Assembly: GCA_964351665.1 (NCBI GenBank)
Contig: CAYGPO010000006.1
Span: forward strand, 4,623-68,622
Length of the DNA stretch: 64,000 bases
Source: an uncultured Gammaproteobacteria bacterium
GTDB lineage: Bacteria > Pseudomonadota > Gammaproteobacteria > Xanthomonadales > SZUA-38
Direction of reading: 5' to 3'
Part shown: piece by piece, positions 9,602-18,082 of the stretch
Position numbering within the stretch: the first letter of the stretch is position 1
Layout of the letters: each line of letters opens with the position of its first letter
The notes under the pieces: generated by a model
What the model was told of the DNA's origin: nothing
The model's input: only the letters and a program-made list of their open reading frames with translations
The model's database searches: none
Made by a program: the position numbers and the translations under genes

Positions 9602-9954
9602 ATGACCAAAGCCAAAGCAATCGTTATTAACCTGTTTGCGGTACTTATCAGCTTTAGCGCTGTCAGCACGGCCACGACAAGGGGCGCTCAGCTGATCGCC
9701 GAGGGCCCACATCCCGATGCTCCGGCAGAGGTGAAACAATATGGCACTTTGCAGGGTGATTGGAGCTGCGACTCATCGTCCCGTCAAGCCGACGGCAGCT
9801 GGTAGACTATCCCGCGTATTTCGCGAAAATCACGTTCTTCAATATGACCCCATCTCACTTCGACTGGAGCTATGAGGCGACGGCAGTCGGCACCGATATT
9901 GGCTGGGCGCCGTTCAGCCGAATGTCCTGCACCAGGCTGGAGGCCGTTCATTAG
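9602..9954 (+). pseudogene. decayed remnant of a small secreted DUF1579-like protein (internal deletion plus frame change)
   Basis: ORF 9602..9805 gives a signal peptide plus HPDAPAEVKQYGTLQGDWSCDSSSRQADGSW, then a stop. A different frame (9760..9954) carries the family-like C-terminus ITFFNMTPSHFDWSYEATAVGTDIGWAPFSRMSCTR. Only about 25 nt separate the two pieces, so the central part of the domain is missing. Confidence 0.45.
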
Positions 9955-10146
9955 CCCACAGGCGGACCGTCGAAAGACCAGCAGATCCTGGCGTAAGGCT
10001 CGTCCGCAGCCCAGGGCGCGAATCTGCTTATGCAGCGCTCGCCTCGCCTGAGCCCCTCTCTTACCTTATGATCGGTGCTCTATATCGCTCTTGTGATGCT
10101 ATTGGGCGACGTCCGGTGGTCAGCGCGAATCGAATAAGGGGCCGAG

Positions 10147-12183
10147 TTGAGCAAAAGATTTTCCATTCCTATTCTGGGCTGGGTGGCCATAGGCCTTGGG
10201 ATTGTTGGCGCATTGCCCTTTGCCCTTTCCTGGTATCAAATCCACAGCTCCCGGGAAGCCATGGTGGATCAGACCCAGTTGACCCATCTGTTGGTGGCCC
10301 GGGCCAATGCTGACAGCATCGCGGACTATTTGAATCTGCTCGATGGTTTGTTGGCCACCGCCGGCGACCATCCAGACGTATACCTTGAGCCAGCCTCTGA
10401 CTCAGCGCTGGAAATTCTCAAACAAACCCTGGCTGCCCGGGAAGAGATCAAATCTCTGGGGTTGTACTCTCGGTCCCCTGCTACCGATAGCGCCGGAAAC
10501 CAGAGCGCCAACGACGGAGCTGGTAGCAGCAACCCATTCATCACTCAGGAGATTTTTTTGTTGGCCAAGGCGGGCTATGAGCCGGTTGCCCAATCGCTGC
10601 TTGAGCAGCTCATTGAAACCCAAGGGCCGATTAGCGTTGATCGCGGATTAGACAATTATTTGGTGCTGGGCCGGGAGACCGCCCGGCCCGGCGTGTACCT
10701 GATGGCGCTGCTGACCAATCGCCAGATCAATGAACGCTCAGCGCCGCCGGAATTGGGTGATGCCGCGCGGCTGGCGGTGATAAACGGTGGCGGCGAGTTC
10801 GTGGCGGGAGACCAGGACGCTCTGGTGCTGCTGCCCCAGGATTTACTGATTCAGACGCGAGAGGCGCCGGTGCGATCTGACGCCCATCGTTTCTCCCTGG
10901 ATGGAGGGTTTGGCGTTGCTGCCTTTGCCCGCATCACCGGCGCTGACTGGTCGGTGGTTTCGGTCCAACCTGCGCGCCAGGCGGAGCGGGCGACAACCGC
11001 CATGCAGCGCACCGCTTGGCAGGCCTTTGCCGTACTGGCTGCGGTGATGGCGATGCTGATGCTGGGCGCCCATCGGCTGGTGGTCAAACCGGTGCGCCAG
11101 ATGATTGCGGCCCAGCGCAGGCTGCTGGGCAGCGGCGCCAGCGGCGGCAGCGAAATAGCCCAGCTGAAGGCGTCCTTTGAACAGCTGGAACAAGCCATGG
11201 TGGAGCGGGACAGCCTTAGTGAGGTTTTTCTCGATCGCTATCAGATTACCCGCCGCGTAGGCTCCGGCGCCATGGGCACGGTGTATCTGGGCTGGGATCC
11301 GAAACTGCAGCGTCAGGTTGCCCTGAAAACCATCAAACTGGACGCCCAGCTGCCGGCCAAAGAGCGCGAAGAGTTGACCGCCGCGCTGCTGCGCGAAGGC
11401 ATCACCAGTGCCGGTCTCACCCACCCCAACATCGTGACGGTATACGACGTCATGGGCAATGACGACTTCGCCTTCATTGCCATGGAGTTTGTTGACGGAG
11501 AGGGGCTGGATCAACGAATTAGGCGCGAAGTCCGGCTGTCACCGAAGGTGGTGGCTGACGCTGCTGACGCCATTTTGCGCGGCCTGCGAGCCGCCCACAA
11601 TCAGGGTGTCATCCATCGGGACATCAAGCCGGCCAATATTCTGGTGGCCAGCGATGGTTCGATAAAGGTATCGGACTTTGGCATTGCCGGACTGCTTAGT
11701 CGCAGCGGTGAAGGTGAACGGGTTATCATGGGCACGCCGGGCTATTTGGCGCCGGAAACCTATCTGACGGCAGAGTTTGGCGTGGCCACTGACCTGTTTG
11801 CGGTGGGGGTTGTGATGGTGGAGTGTCTGACCGGAACGATGGTTTTTGCCGGTCGCAATACGGCCCAGATTATTACCCGGACCTCGTCCAAGGATGTCAG
11901 TCTGCCGCCGGAAATTGCGGCCCATGTGCCCCGGCCCATGCAGGAGCTGATCACCAGTCTGCTGGAGAAAAAGCCAGCCAAACGACCTGCCAGCGCTGAT
12001 GATGCGCTGCAGCTGCTGGCGCCCATCATCACCCTGTTGGCCAATACACCGGACGACGCCGCTGAGTTGGACAGTGCAATTTTACAGGAGCCTTCCCATG
12101 AACAAGGCAATGAGCGTGGCAATCAACAGCCGACCATTAAAATGGACGGCGCTGTTGCTGATACTCGTCGTATTCAGCGCTGA
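10147..12183 (+). CDS. membrane Hanks-type Ser/Thr protein kinase with N-terminal extracytoplasmic sensor region
   Basis: TTG start with aagggg RBS. TM1 is ILGWVAIGLGIVGALPFAL, followed by a roughly 260-aa extracytoplasmic region and TM2 AWQAFAVLAAVMAMLMLGA. Kinase motifs GSGAMGTV, VALKTI, HRDIKPANIL, DFGIA and GTPGYLAPE are all intact. Confidence 0.85.
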   Translation: MSKRFSIPILGWVAIGLGIVGALPFALSWYQIHSSREAMVDQTQLTHLLVARANADSIADYLNLLDGLLATAGDHPDVYLEPASDSALEILKQTLAAREEIKSLGLYSRSPATDSAGNQSANDGAGSSNPFITQEIFLLAKAGYEPVAQSLLEQLIETQGPISVDRGLDNYLVLGRETARPGVYLMALLTNRQINERSAPPELGDAARLAVINGGGEFVAGDQDALVLLPQDLLIQTREAPVRSDAHRFSLDGGFGVAAFARITGADWSVVSVQPARQAERATTAMQRTAWQAFAVLAAVMAMLMLGAHRLVVKPVRQMIAAQRRLLGSGASGGSEIAQLKASFEQLEQAMVERDSLSEVFLDRYQITRRVGSGAMGTVYLGWDPKLQRQVALKTIKLDAQLPAKEREELTAALLREGITSAGLTHPNIVTVYDVMGNDDFAFIAMEFVDGEGLDQRIRREVRLSPKVVADAADAILRGLRAAHNQGVIHRDIKPANILVASDGSIKVSDFGIAGLLSRSGEGERVIMGTPGYLAPETYLTAEFGVATDLFAVGVVMVECLTGTMVFAGRNTAQIITRTSSKDVSLPPEIAAHVPRPMQELITSLLEKKPAKRPASADDALQLLAPIITLLANTPDDAAELDSAILQEPSHEQGNERGNQQPTIKMDGAVADTRRIQR

Positions 12184-13267
12184 AGCCCAGTCTTACAGCC
12201 TGCTGGAAAAGCTAGGTCTGGCCGACGGTGACTACTGGGTTGCCAGTAACGGGGTGGCCTTGCCGCTGGCCGAATTTGCCGTGCCAGACAGTCAAATCAA
12301 TGAAGTTCTGTTGCTGCGCTTGGCCGAAGGTGGGCTGCAGCCGGTGGGTTGGTATGAGGTCTCCGAAACCGATTTGGCCAATGCGGGCACAAGCCCTGGC
12401 CAGCTCACCCTGGACAGCGAGCCGCCGCAAGCGGAACTTAAGCTCAATGGCCAATGGATTGAGACCGCTGCTGGTTCAACGCTGGCGGCAGCCGACGCAA
12501 AGGTGATGCTGAGCTTCCAGGACCCGGCGGGATTGCGGGACTGGGTGCTTACCGATTCTCACCGGGTTTCTTCGACGGGCAATCAATGGGCCGAGGGTGC
12601 TCATCGGTTGCTTGTTCGGGCTGCTGACGGCCTTGGCAATCAGGGAACCGCTGGACGACTGGAGTTTGAAGTTGATGCCAGCGGACCTGATATGAGCTGG
12701 CAAATCCTGTCCGACAGCCAGGCCCAGGGGCGCGCTGGACCCATTTATGCCCCGCCGGTTTCGGTGCGTCTGAGCGCTTCAGATCCCGCCGGATTGTCCC
12801 TGCTGGAGGTCGATAGTGGCGACGGCTGGCAGGGGGTGAGCGATCAGGCAGTGATCAGCCTTGCGGCCAGCGGACTGCGACTACGCGGCGTTGACGGGCT
12901 GGGGAACACCGCCACCGCTGAGGCGAGCTGGCAATACGATCTGGAGGCGCCACAAATCGTTATCACCGTAGAAGGTCAGGACGTGGCCCAGGATAATGAG
13001 ATAGTGTTGCCGGTGGGCGGGGTTATTGAGATCAACGTGATGGACGACGGCGTGGGTGTGGACAGCGCCACCTACCAATACAATCGACGGCCGCCAAAGG
13101 CCCTGCCCGAGACCATTCGATTTGTTGATAGAGGCTGGTATCAAATGGAGATTCGGGCCCAGGACAAACTCGGTAACCTACGGGTTAGGCATATCGATAT
13201 ACGCACCTCGCCCAGGGCCTATCGGCCGCGACGGGCAGGTGCACCGCCGGTGGGAGTGCAGTGGTGA
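12098..13267 (+). CDS. secreted protein with three Ig-like modules
   Basis: Start at ATG 12098 (RBS caggag 12085-12090). Signal peptide LLLILVVFSAEAQS. Repeated module ends: LLVRAADGLGNQGTAGRLEFEVD, LRLRGVDGLGNTATAEASWQYD and YQMEIRAQDKLGNLRVRHIDI. Overlaps the kinase 3' end by 86 nt. Confidence 0.6.
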   Translation: MNKAMSVAINSRPLKWTALLLILVVFSAEAQSYSLLEKLGLADGDYWVASNGVALPLAEFAVPDSQINEVLLLRLAEGGLQPVGWYEVSETDLANAGTSPGQLTLDSEPPQAELKLNGQWIETAAGSTLAAADAKVMLSFQDPAGLRDWVLTDSHRVSSTGNQWAEGAHRLLVRAADGLGNQGTAGRLEFEVDASGPDMSWQILSDSQAQGRAGPIYAPPVSVRLSASDPAGLSLLEVDSGDGWQGVSDQAVISLAASGLRLRGVDGLGNTATAEASWQYDLEAPQIVITVEGQDVAQDNEIVLPVGGVIEINVMDDGVGVDSATYQYNRRPPKALPETIRFVDRGWYQMEIRAQDKLGNLRVRHIDIRTSPRAYRPRRAGAPPVGVQW

Positions 13268-14622
13268 AGCGCCTGATTGCTGCGCTGTTAGTGTCGGTTA
13301 GCGCCATGGTCCAGTCCCAGGAGAGCGTTGACGACACCCTGGGCATTCACATCGTGAAGCCTGGAGAAAGCCTTTGGACCATCACTCGGCAGTATCTGGG
13401 GGAAGATTTTCTGTGGAAAGAAAACTGGCGTCTCAACCCCGACATCAAAGACCCGAACCGGCTGCGCATCGGCCAACAGCTGACGGTGATTAAAGAACGT
13501 AAGATCACTGCTGACAGCGCGCTGGTCAAAAGCGTTGCCAATGAAGTGGACAAAAATATTCAGCGCAGCGCCTGGGAAACGGCTCAGCCTGGCGATGAGC
13601 TGGCAGAGCGCGACGGCGTTCGGACCCGAGCCAGTTCCTCCGCTGAGCTGCAGTTCACCGACAACTCTCTGCTTCGAGTGGGGGAGTTTTCACAAATTTT
13701 CCTGCAACAAAAAACCACCACCTTAAGAGGCGTAGACAAAGGCCGGATTGAAGTACGACGGGGGGCCGCTGAATTGGTCTTTGCGCCCATGAGTCGGCGC
13801 AAGACCGAGATTGAGCTGGTGGCAGGATCAGCCCTTAGTCGGCCTAAACCTGACGCCTCGGGCCGAGGCCAGATCGCTGCAGGAGCCGATGAGACAGATG
13901 GAACCTCCAGGGTAATGGTTTACGAGGGTAGTTCTGTGGTTGAAGCGGCGGGGGCTCAGGTCTCGCTGCGCCGTGGCACCGGTTCGAAAGTGCCGGCCAA
14001 CGGGCCTCCATCGCCGCCGGAGACCCTGCTAAATTCGCCCCGGGGTTTGCTGCCATTAACCGATTCGGTGTGGAAGGTAGCCAATATGCAGGTGTCCTGG
14101 CAGCCGGTAGCTGGGGCCCATCACTACCGGGTTGAGGTCTGTCGCGATCCAGACTGCGGTTCGCTGCTGCTGCGCAGCGAAGCTCTCAATACGACCCGCT
14201 GGCAGCCAACCCTGAGCGACACCGGCGACTTCTACTGGCGGGTGAGAGGGGTTAGCGCCAGCGGCCTTGACGGCTATGCCAGCGCGCCGGTCCGATTGAC
14301 CCTGGAAACCCTGCGGATTGATAGCCGGCCGCCCAGTGTTGCGGTTTATCCCGCCGGCCCTCACCTGTGGCGGAATCAACAGCTGGTGATCAAACCGGAT
14401 ACGCCGCTGATTTTGACCGCCTTTGATGCAGGCATTGGGCTGGATTTTCTGGAATACCGCTGGGGTGATGGGCCGTGGCAGCGGGTCCCAGACAACACCG
14501 CCATATTGCCAACTCAAAACCAAACAATAGGCCAAAAGGCGAGTCTGCTTGGGCTGCGCGCCGCGGATTTGTTAGGCCAGGTCAGCGACATCGTGGTGAT
14601 CGAATTGGCTGCGGGTCAGTAG
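13261..14622 (+). CDS. secreted LysM + FecR-domain protein with C-terminal FN3/Ig-like modules
   Basis: GTG start with a 7-nt overlap with the previous gene. Signal peptide. LysM: HIVKPGESLWTITRQYLGEDFLW...NRLRIGQQLTV. FecR-like: GDELAERDGVRTRASSSAELQFTDNSLLRVGEFSQIFL. FN3-like: WQPVAGAHHYRVEV...YWRVRGVSASG. Confidence 0.7.
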   Translation: MVKRLIAALLVSVSAMVQSQESVDDTLGIHIVKPGESLWTITRQYLGEDFLWKENWRLNPDIKDPNRLRIGQQLTVIKERKITADSALVKSVANEVDKNIQRSAWETAQPGDELAERDGVRTRASSSAELQFTDNSLLRVGEFSQIFLQQKTTTLRGVDKGRIEVRRGAAELVFAPMSRRKTEIELVAGSALSRPKPDASGRGQIAAGADETDGTSRVMVYEGSSVVEAAGAQVSLRRGTGSKVPANGPPSPPETLLNSPRGLLPLTDSVWKVANMQVSWQPVAGAHHYRVEVCRDPDCGSLLLRSEALNTTRWQPTLSDTGDFYWRVRGVSASGLDGYASAPVRLTLETLRIDSRPPSVAVYPAGPHLWRNQQLVIKPDTPLILTAFDAGIGLDFLEYRWGDGPWQRVPDNTAILPTQNQTIGQKASLLGLRAADLLGQVSDIVVIELAAGQ

Positions 14623-14992
14623 CAGGCTGTTCAATGTGTCCGCCAGGGCGCAGTGGGCAAAGAACACCCAAACCGGCGGTTTTTCCCACGCAGGACTTCT
14701 CCAGGCTACAGTTGGTATGGCTACTGGTTGACATCCGTGACGCCCCATCGGTGTTTTGGTCTGATGCTCACAGTAGCCGATATTTTCAGCCGGCCCCTGT
14801 TGTATTGGCCATCGGATTGGCGGATTGAACAGAGACAGGCAGTACAATTTGCCCACCAGTGGATAAAAATTTGTGTACCATGAGCGCCCTGAGCGGGGCC
14901 AGGCGTGCTAGGGACGCCGGATTGCAGCGACCGGACACTCACGCCGCTGCTGATCAATAATCCCCAATACAACCAATAAGGGAACGTTGCTG

Positions 14993-16672
14993 ATGAAAAA
15001 GCTTCTTGGTCTGCTGTTACTGGCGCCTTTTGCCGCGCTGGCTCAGGGCGAAGGGATTGATGCACGGATCAACAGTCTGGTGCAGCCGATCACCGACGCG
15101 GTTTTCTCTGTAATTTTTTACCCCATCAGCATGTTTGGATCGGCGGTTCCCTTTATTGTGATATGGCTGGTTGTGGGCGCCAGCTTCTTCACCGTGTATT
15201 TTGGCTTTATCAATATCCGTGGATTCCTGCAGGGGTTTCGCTTAATCCGGGGGGATTTTTCAGACCCCAATTCCCCTGGCGAAGTCTCTCACTTCCAGGC
15301 CCTGGCCACGGCGGTGTCCGGCACTGTAGGTTTGGGCAATATCGCTGGAGTCGCCGTGGCGGTGACCCTGGGTGGTCCTGGCGCCACCTTTTGGATGATC
15401 CTGGCGGGTTTGCTGGGCATGTCCACTAAATTTTGTGAGTGCACCCTGGGGGTTAAGTACCGAAGGGTAAATACTGACGGCAGTATTTCCGGTGGGCCCA
15501 TGCATTATCTGTCCAGGGGGCTGGCCGAACGCTCGCCGGCGCTGGCGCCCCTGGGCAAGATCCTGGCCGTCATGTTTGCACTGCTCTGCATTGGTGGTTC
15601 GTTTGGCGGCGGCAACATGTTCCAGGCCAACCAGGCCCACGCCATGGTGGTGTCGGTGACCGGCGGCAACGAAAGCTATCTGGCTGACAAAGGGTGGTTG
15701 TTCGGACTGGTCATGGCCGCCATGGTGGCGGTGGTCATCATCGGTGGAATCAAGTCCATCGCCAGGGTGACGGGCAAGCTGGTGCCCTTTATGGCAGCGG
15801 TTTATATCCTCGCTGCTCTGGTTATCCTGGTGATGAACGCGGGCCAGATTCCGGCGGCTTTCGGCGCCATTGTGACCGGCGCTTTTGCCCCAACCGCGGT
15901 GGTTGGCGGTGCCATAGGAGTGCTGATACAGGGCTTCCGGCGAGCCGCGTTTTCCAACGAGGCGGGCACCGGATCTGCTGCCATTGCTCACTCGGCGGTA
16001 AAAACCAACGAACCTGTTACCGAGGGCCTGGTCGCCCTTTGGGAACCGTTTATTGACACCGTGGTGATCTGCACCATGACGGCCCTGGTGCTGGTGATCT
16101 CCGGCAACTGGCGGGTAGACGCCACCGTTGCGGTGGATACTGCGGCTCTTTACGCCAGCGCCAACGACAGCGCCATGGTGGTTGAGCAGGTTGACCGAGG
16201 GACCGAGCTACGTTTGCTCAGCAGTGCTGAGGGCTGGCATGAAGTATGGAAGGAAGACAGCGACAACCTGTGGGTGCAGGAATCTAATCTGGAGCTGATC
16301 CAGGGTGTGGCAAAAACCAACCGCGCCTTTGCTGACACCATTAGCTGGTTCCCCTACGTGCTGGCGCTGGCGGCGGTGCTGTTTGCCTTCTCCACCATGT
16401 TGGCGTGGTCCTACTACGGGATGAAATGCTGGACTTACTTGCTTGGCGAAAGCGCCGGTAAGGAGGTCACCTATAAACTGATCTTCTGCGTATTTGTGGT
16501 GATCGGTGCTTCGATGAACTTAAGTGCCGTGACCGACTTCTCAGACGCGATGATTTTGGGCATGGCATTTCCCAACATCATCGGCCTGTACCTGCTCGGT
16601 GGGGTGGTGAAACGGGAACTCAAGAGCTATATGGCCCGGATTCGCAGCGGCGAAATTCAGTCATTCAAGTAG
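14993..16672 (+). CDS. alanine/glycine:cation symporter (AGCS) family transporter with inserted SH3-like module
   Basis: ATG 14993 is preferred over TTG 14987 (aaggga RBS 9 nt upstream). Motifs [51 protein letters not shown]. There is an extra roughly 55-aa segment at residues ~386-440. Confidence 0.9.
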   Translation: MKKLLGLLLLAPFAALAQGEGIDARINSLVQPITDAVFSVIFYPISMFGSAVPFIVIWLVVGASFFTVYFGFINIRGFLQGFRLIRGDFSDPNSPGEVSHFQALATAVSGTVGLGNIAGVAVAVTLGGPGATFWMILAGLLGMSTKFCECTLGVKYRRVNTDGSISGGPMHYLSRGLAERSPALAPLGKILAVMFALLCIGGSFGGGNMFQANQAHAMVVSVTGGNESYLADKGWLFGLVMAAMVAVVIIGGIKSIARVTGKLVPFMAAVYILAALVILVMNAGQIPAAFGAIVTGAFAPTAVVGGAIGVLIQGFRRAAFSNEAGTGSAAIAHSAVKTNEPVTEGLVALWEPFIDTVVICTMTALVLVISGNWRVDATVAVDTAALYASANDSAMVVEQVDRGTELRLLSSAEGWHEVWKEDSDNLWVQESNLELIQGVAKTNRAFADTISWFPYVLALAAVLFAFSTMLAWSYYGMKCWTYLLGESAGKEVTYKLIFCVFVVIGASMNLSAVTDFSDAMILGMAFPNIIGLYLLGGVVKRELKSYMARIRSGEIQSFK

Positions 16673-16714
16673 TTTCGGCATTAGCGGCTAAGGCCGGCTC
16701 GATGGGGCGTTAGC

Positions 16715-17986
16715 ATGATAGGAACTATCGCATCCGGTTTGATGGGGCTGGCAGGCCTGATGTTAATCGCCCTGGCTTTCTCCAGCCATCGCAAGCAGGT
16801 GGACTGGCGGACGGTATTGACCGGGGTATGCCTGCAGATCCTGTTTGGCGCCTTCGTTATTCTGACCCCCTGGGGCGGTAAGTTATTCGACGTTCTGGCA
16901 AATTTCTTTGTTACTTTAATCGGGTTTTTCAGGCCCGGGGCGACGTTTATCTTTGGCCCTCTGTCGGCAGAGAACAGCAACTTCGGCTATATATTCGCCT
17001 TTCAGGTGCTGCCCACCATTATCTTTTTCGCATCGCTGATGGCGGTGCTTTATCACCTGGGCGTGATGCAGAAAATTGTTGGTGCCGTGGCCTTTGTGAT
17101 GCGTCGATTCATGCGCATCAGCGGCGCTGAATCCCTGGCGGTGGCGGCCAACGTGTTTGTGGGACAGACCGAGGCGCCGCTGGTGGTCAGACCCTACATT
17201 GCCCAGATGACCCGCTCAGAACTGTTCACCATGATGGTCGCGGGTATGGCGACCATCGCCGGTGCTGTGCTGGCAGCCTACATTGGCCTGCTGGGTGGCG
17301 ACAGCCCAGAGCAAAAACTGTTTTTCGCCAAACACCTGCTGTCCGCATCCATCATGGCCGCCCCGGCAACCGTCGTAATTGCCAAGTTACTGATTCCGGA
17401 GATCGGCCAGTCTCGAACCCTGGGTCAGGTGGATATGACGGTGGAAAAAACCGCCTTCAACGCCATCGAAGCCGCTGCCAACGGCGCCGGCGATGGCTGG
17501 CGCCTGGCAATGAATGTAGGCGCCATGCTGCTGGCCTTTGTCGCGTTGATCGCGCTGATTAACTGGCCCCTTGAGTGGCTGGGTGAGGTAACTGGCATCA
17601 GCGTCTGGCTGGGCAAGCCGTTGAATCTGGCATTGATCCTGGGCTATCTGCTGGCGCCGCTGGCCTGGCTGATTGGGGTGCCCAGTGCCGATGTGGTCAC
17701 GGTGGGAGGCCTGATTGGTCAAAAGTTGGTGACCAACGAGTTCATTGCCTATGTCGCGTTTAACGAGGTGCAGGGGGAAATGACCGACAAGGCTCGGTTG
17801 ATTACCACCTATGTATTGTGTGGATTCGCTAACTTTTCCTCCATTGCCATCCAGATTGGCGGGATCGGACCGCTGGCACCTGAGCGGCGCAGTGAAATCG
17901 CTTCCCTGGGGCTACGAGCGGTGCTGGCCGGCACCCTGGTGTCGATGATGACGGCCACCATTGCCGGCGTGCTGCACTCGTTCTGA
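16715..17986 (+). CDS. NupC/CNT family concentrative nucleoside transporter
   Basis: 423 aa. Motifs FAFQVLPTIIFFASLMAVLYHLGVMQ, VFVGQTEAPL and CGFANFSSIAIQIGG. Confidence 0.9.
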   Translation: MIGTIASGLMGLAGLMLIALAFSSHRKQVDWRTVLTGVCLQILFGAFVILTPWGGKLFDVLANFFVTLIGFFRPGATFIFGPLSAENSNFGYIFAFQVLPTIIFFASLMAVLYHLGVMQKIVGAVAFVMRRFMRISGAESLAVAANVFVGQTEAPLVVRPYIAQMTRSELFTMMVAGMATIAGAVLAAYIGLLGGDSPEQKLFFAKHLLSASIMAAPATVVIAKLLIPEIGQSRTLGQVDMTVEKTAFNAIEAAANGAGDGWRLAMNVGAMLLAFVALIALINWPLEWLGEVTGISVWLGKPLNLALILGYLLAPLAWLIGVPSADVVTVGGLIGQKLVTNEFIAYVAFNEVQGEMTDKARLITTYVLCGFANFSSIAIQIGGIGPLAPERRSEIASLGLRAVLAGTLVSMMTATIAGVLHSF

Positions 17987-18082
17987 GTATCGTATGCTGA
18001 TACTCCGGGGGGTGTGTGAGTCGGCCCTGCAACGATTTTCTGCCGACCAAAGGTCGCGAAGATAGTCTGAGCGGATGGATCA

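Noticed and set aside
14623-14992. Glycine riboswitch upstream of the AGCS symporter.
   Set aside because: The conserved GGAGAG, CCGAAGG(A/G)GCAA and CUCAGGCAAAAGGAC blocks are absent on either strand.
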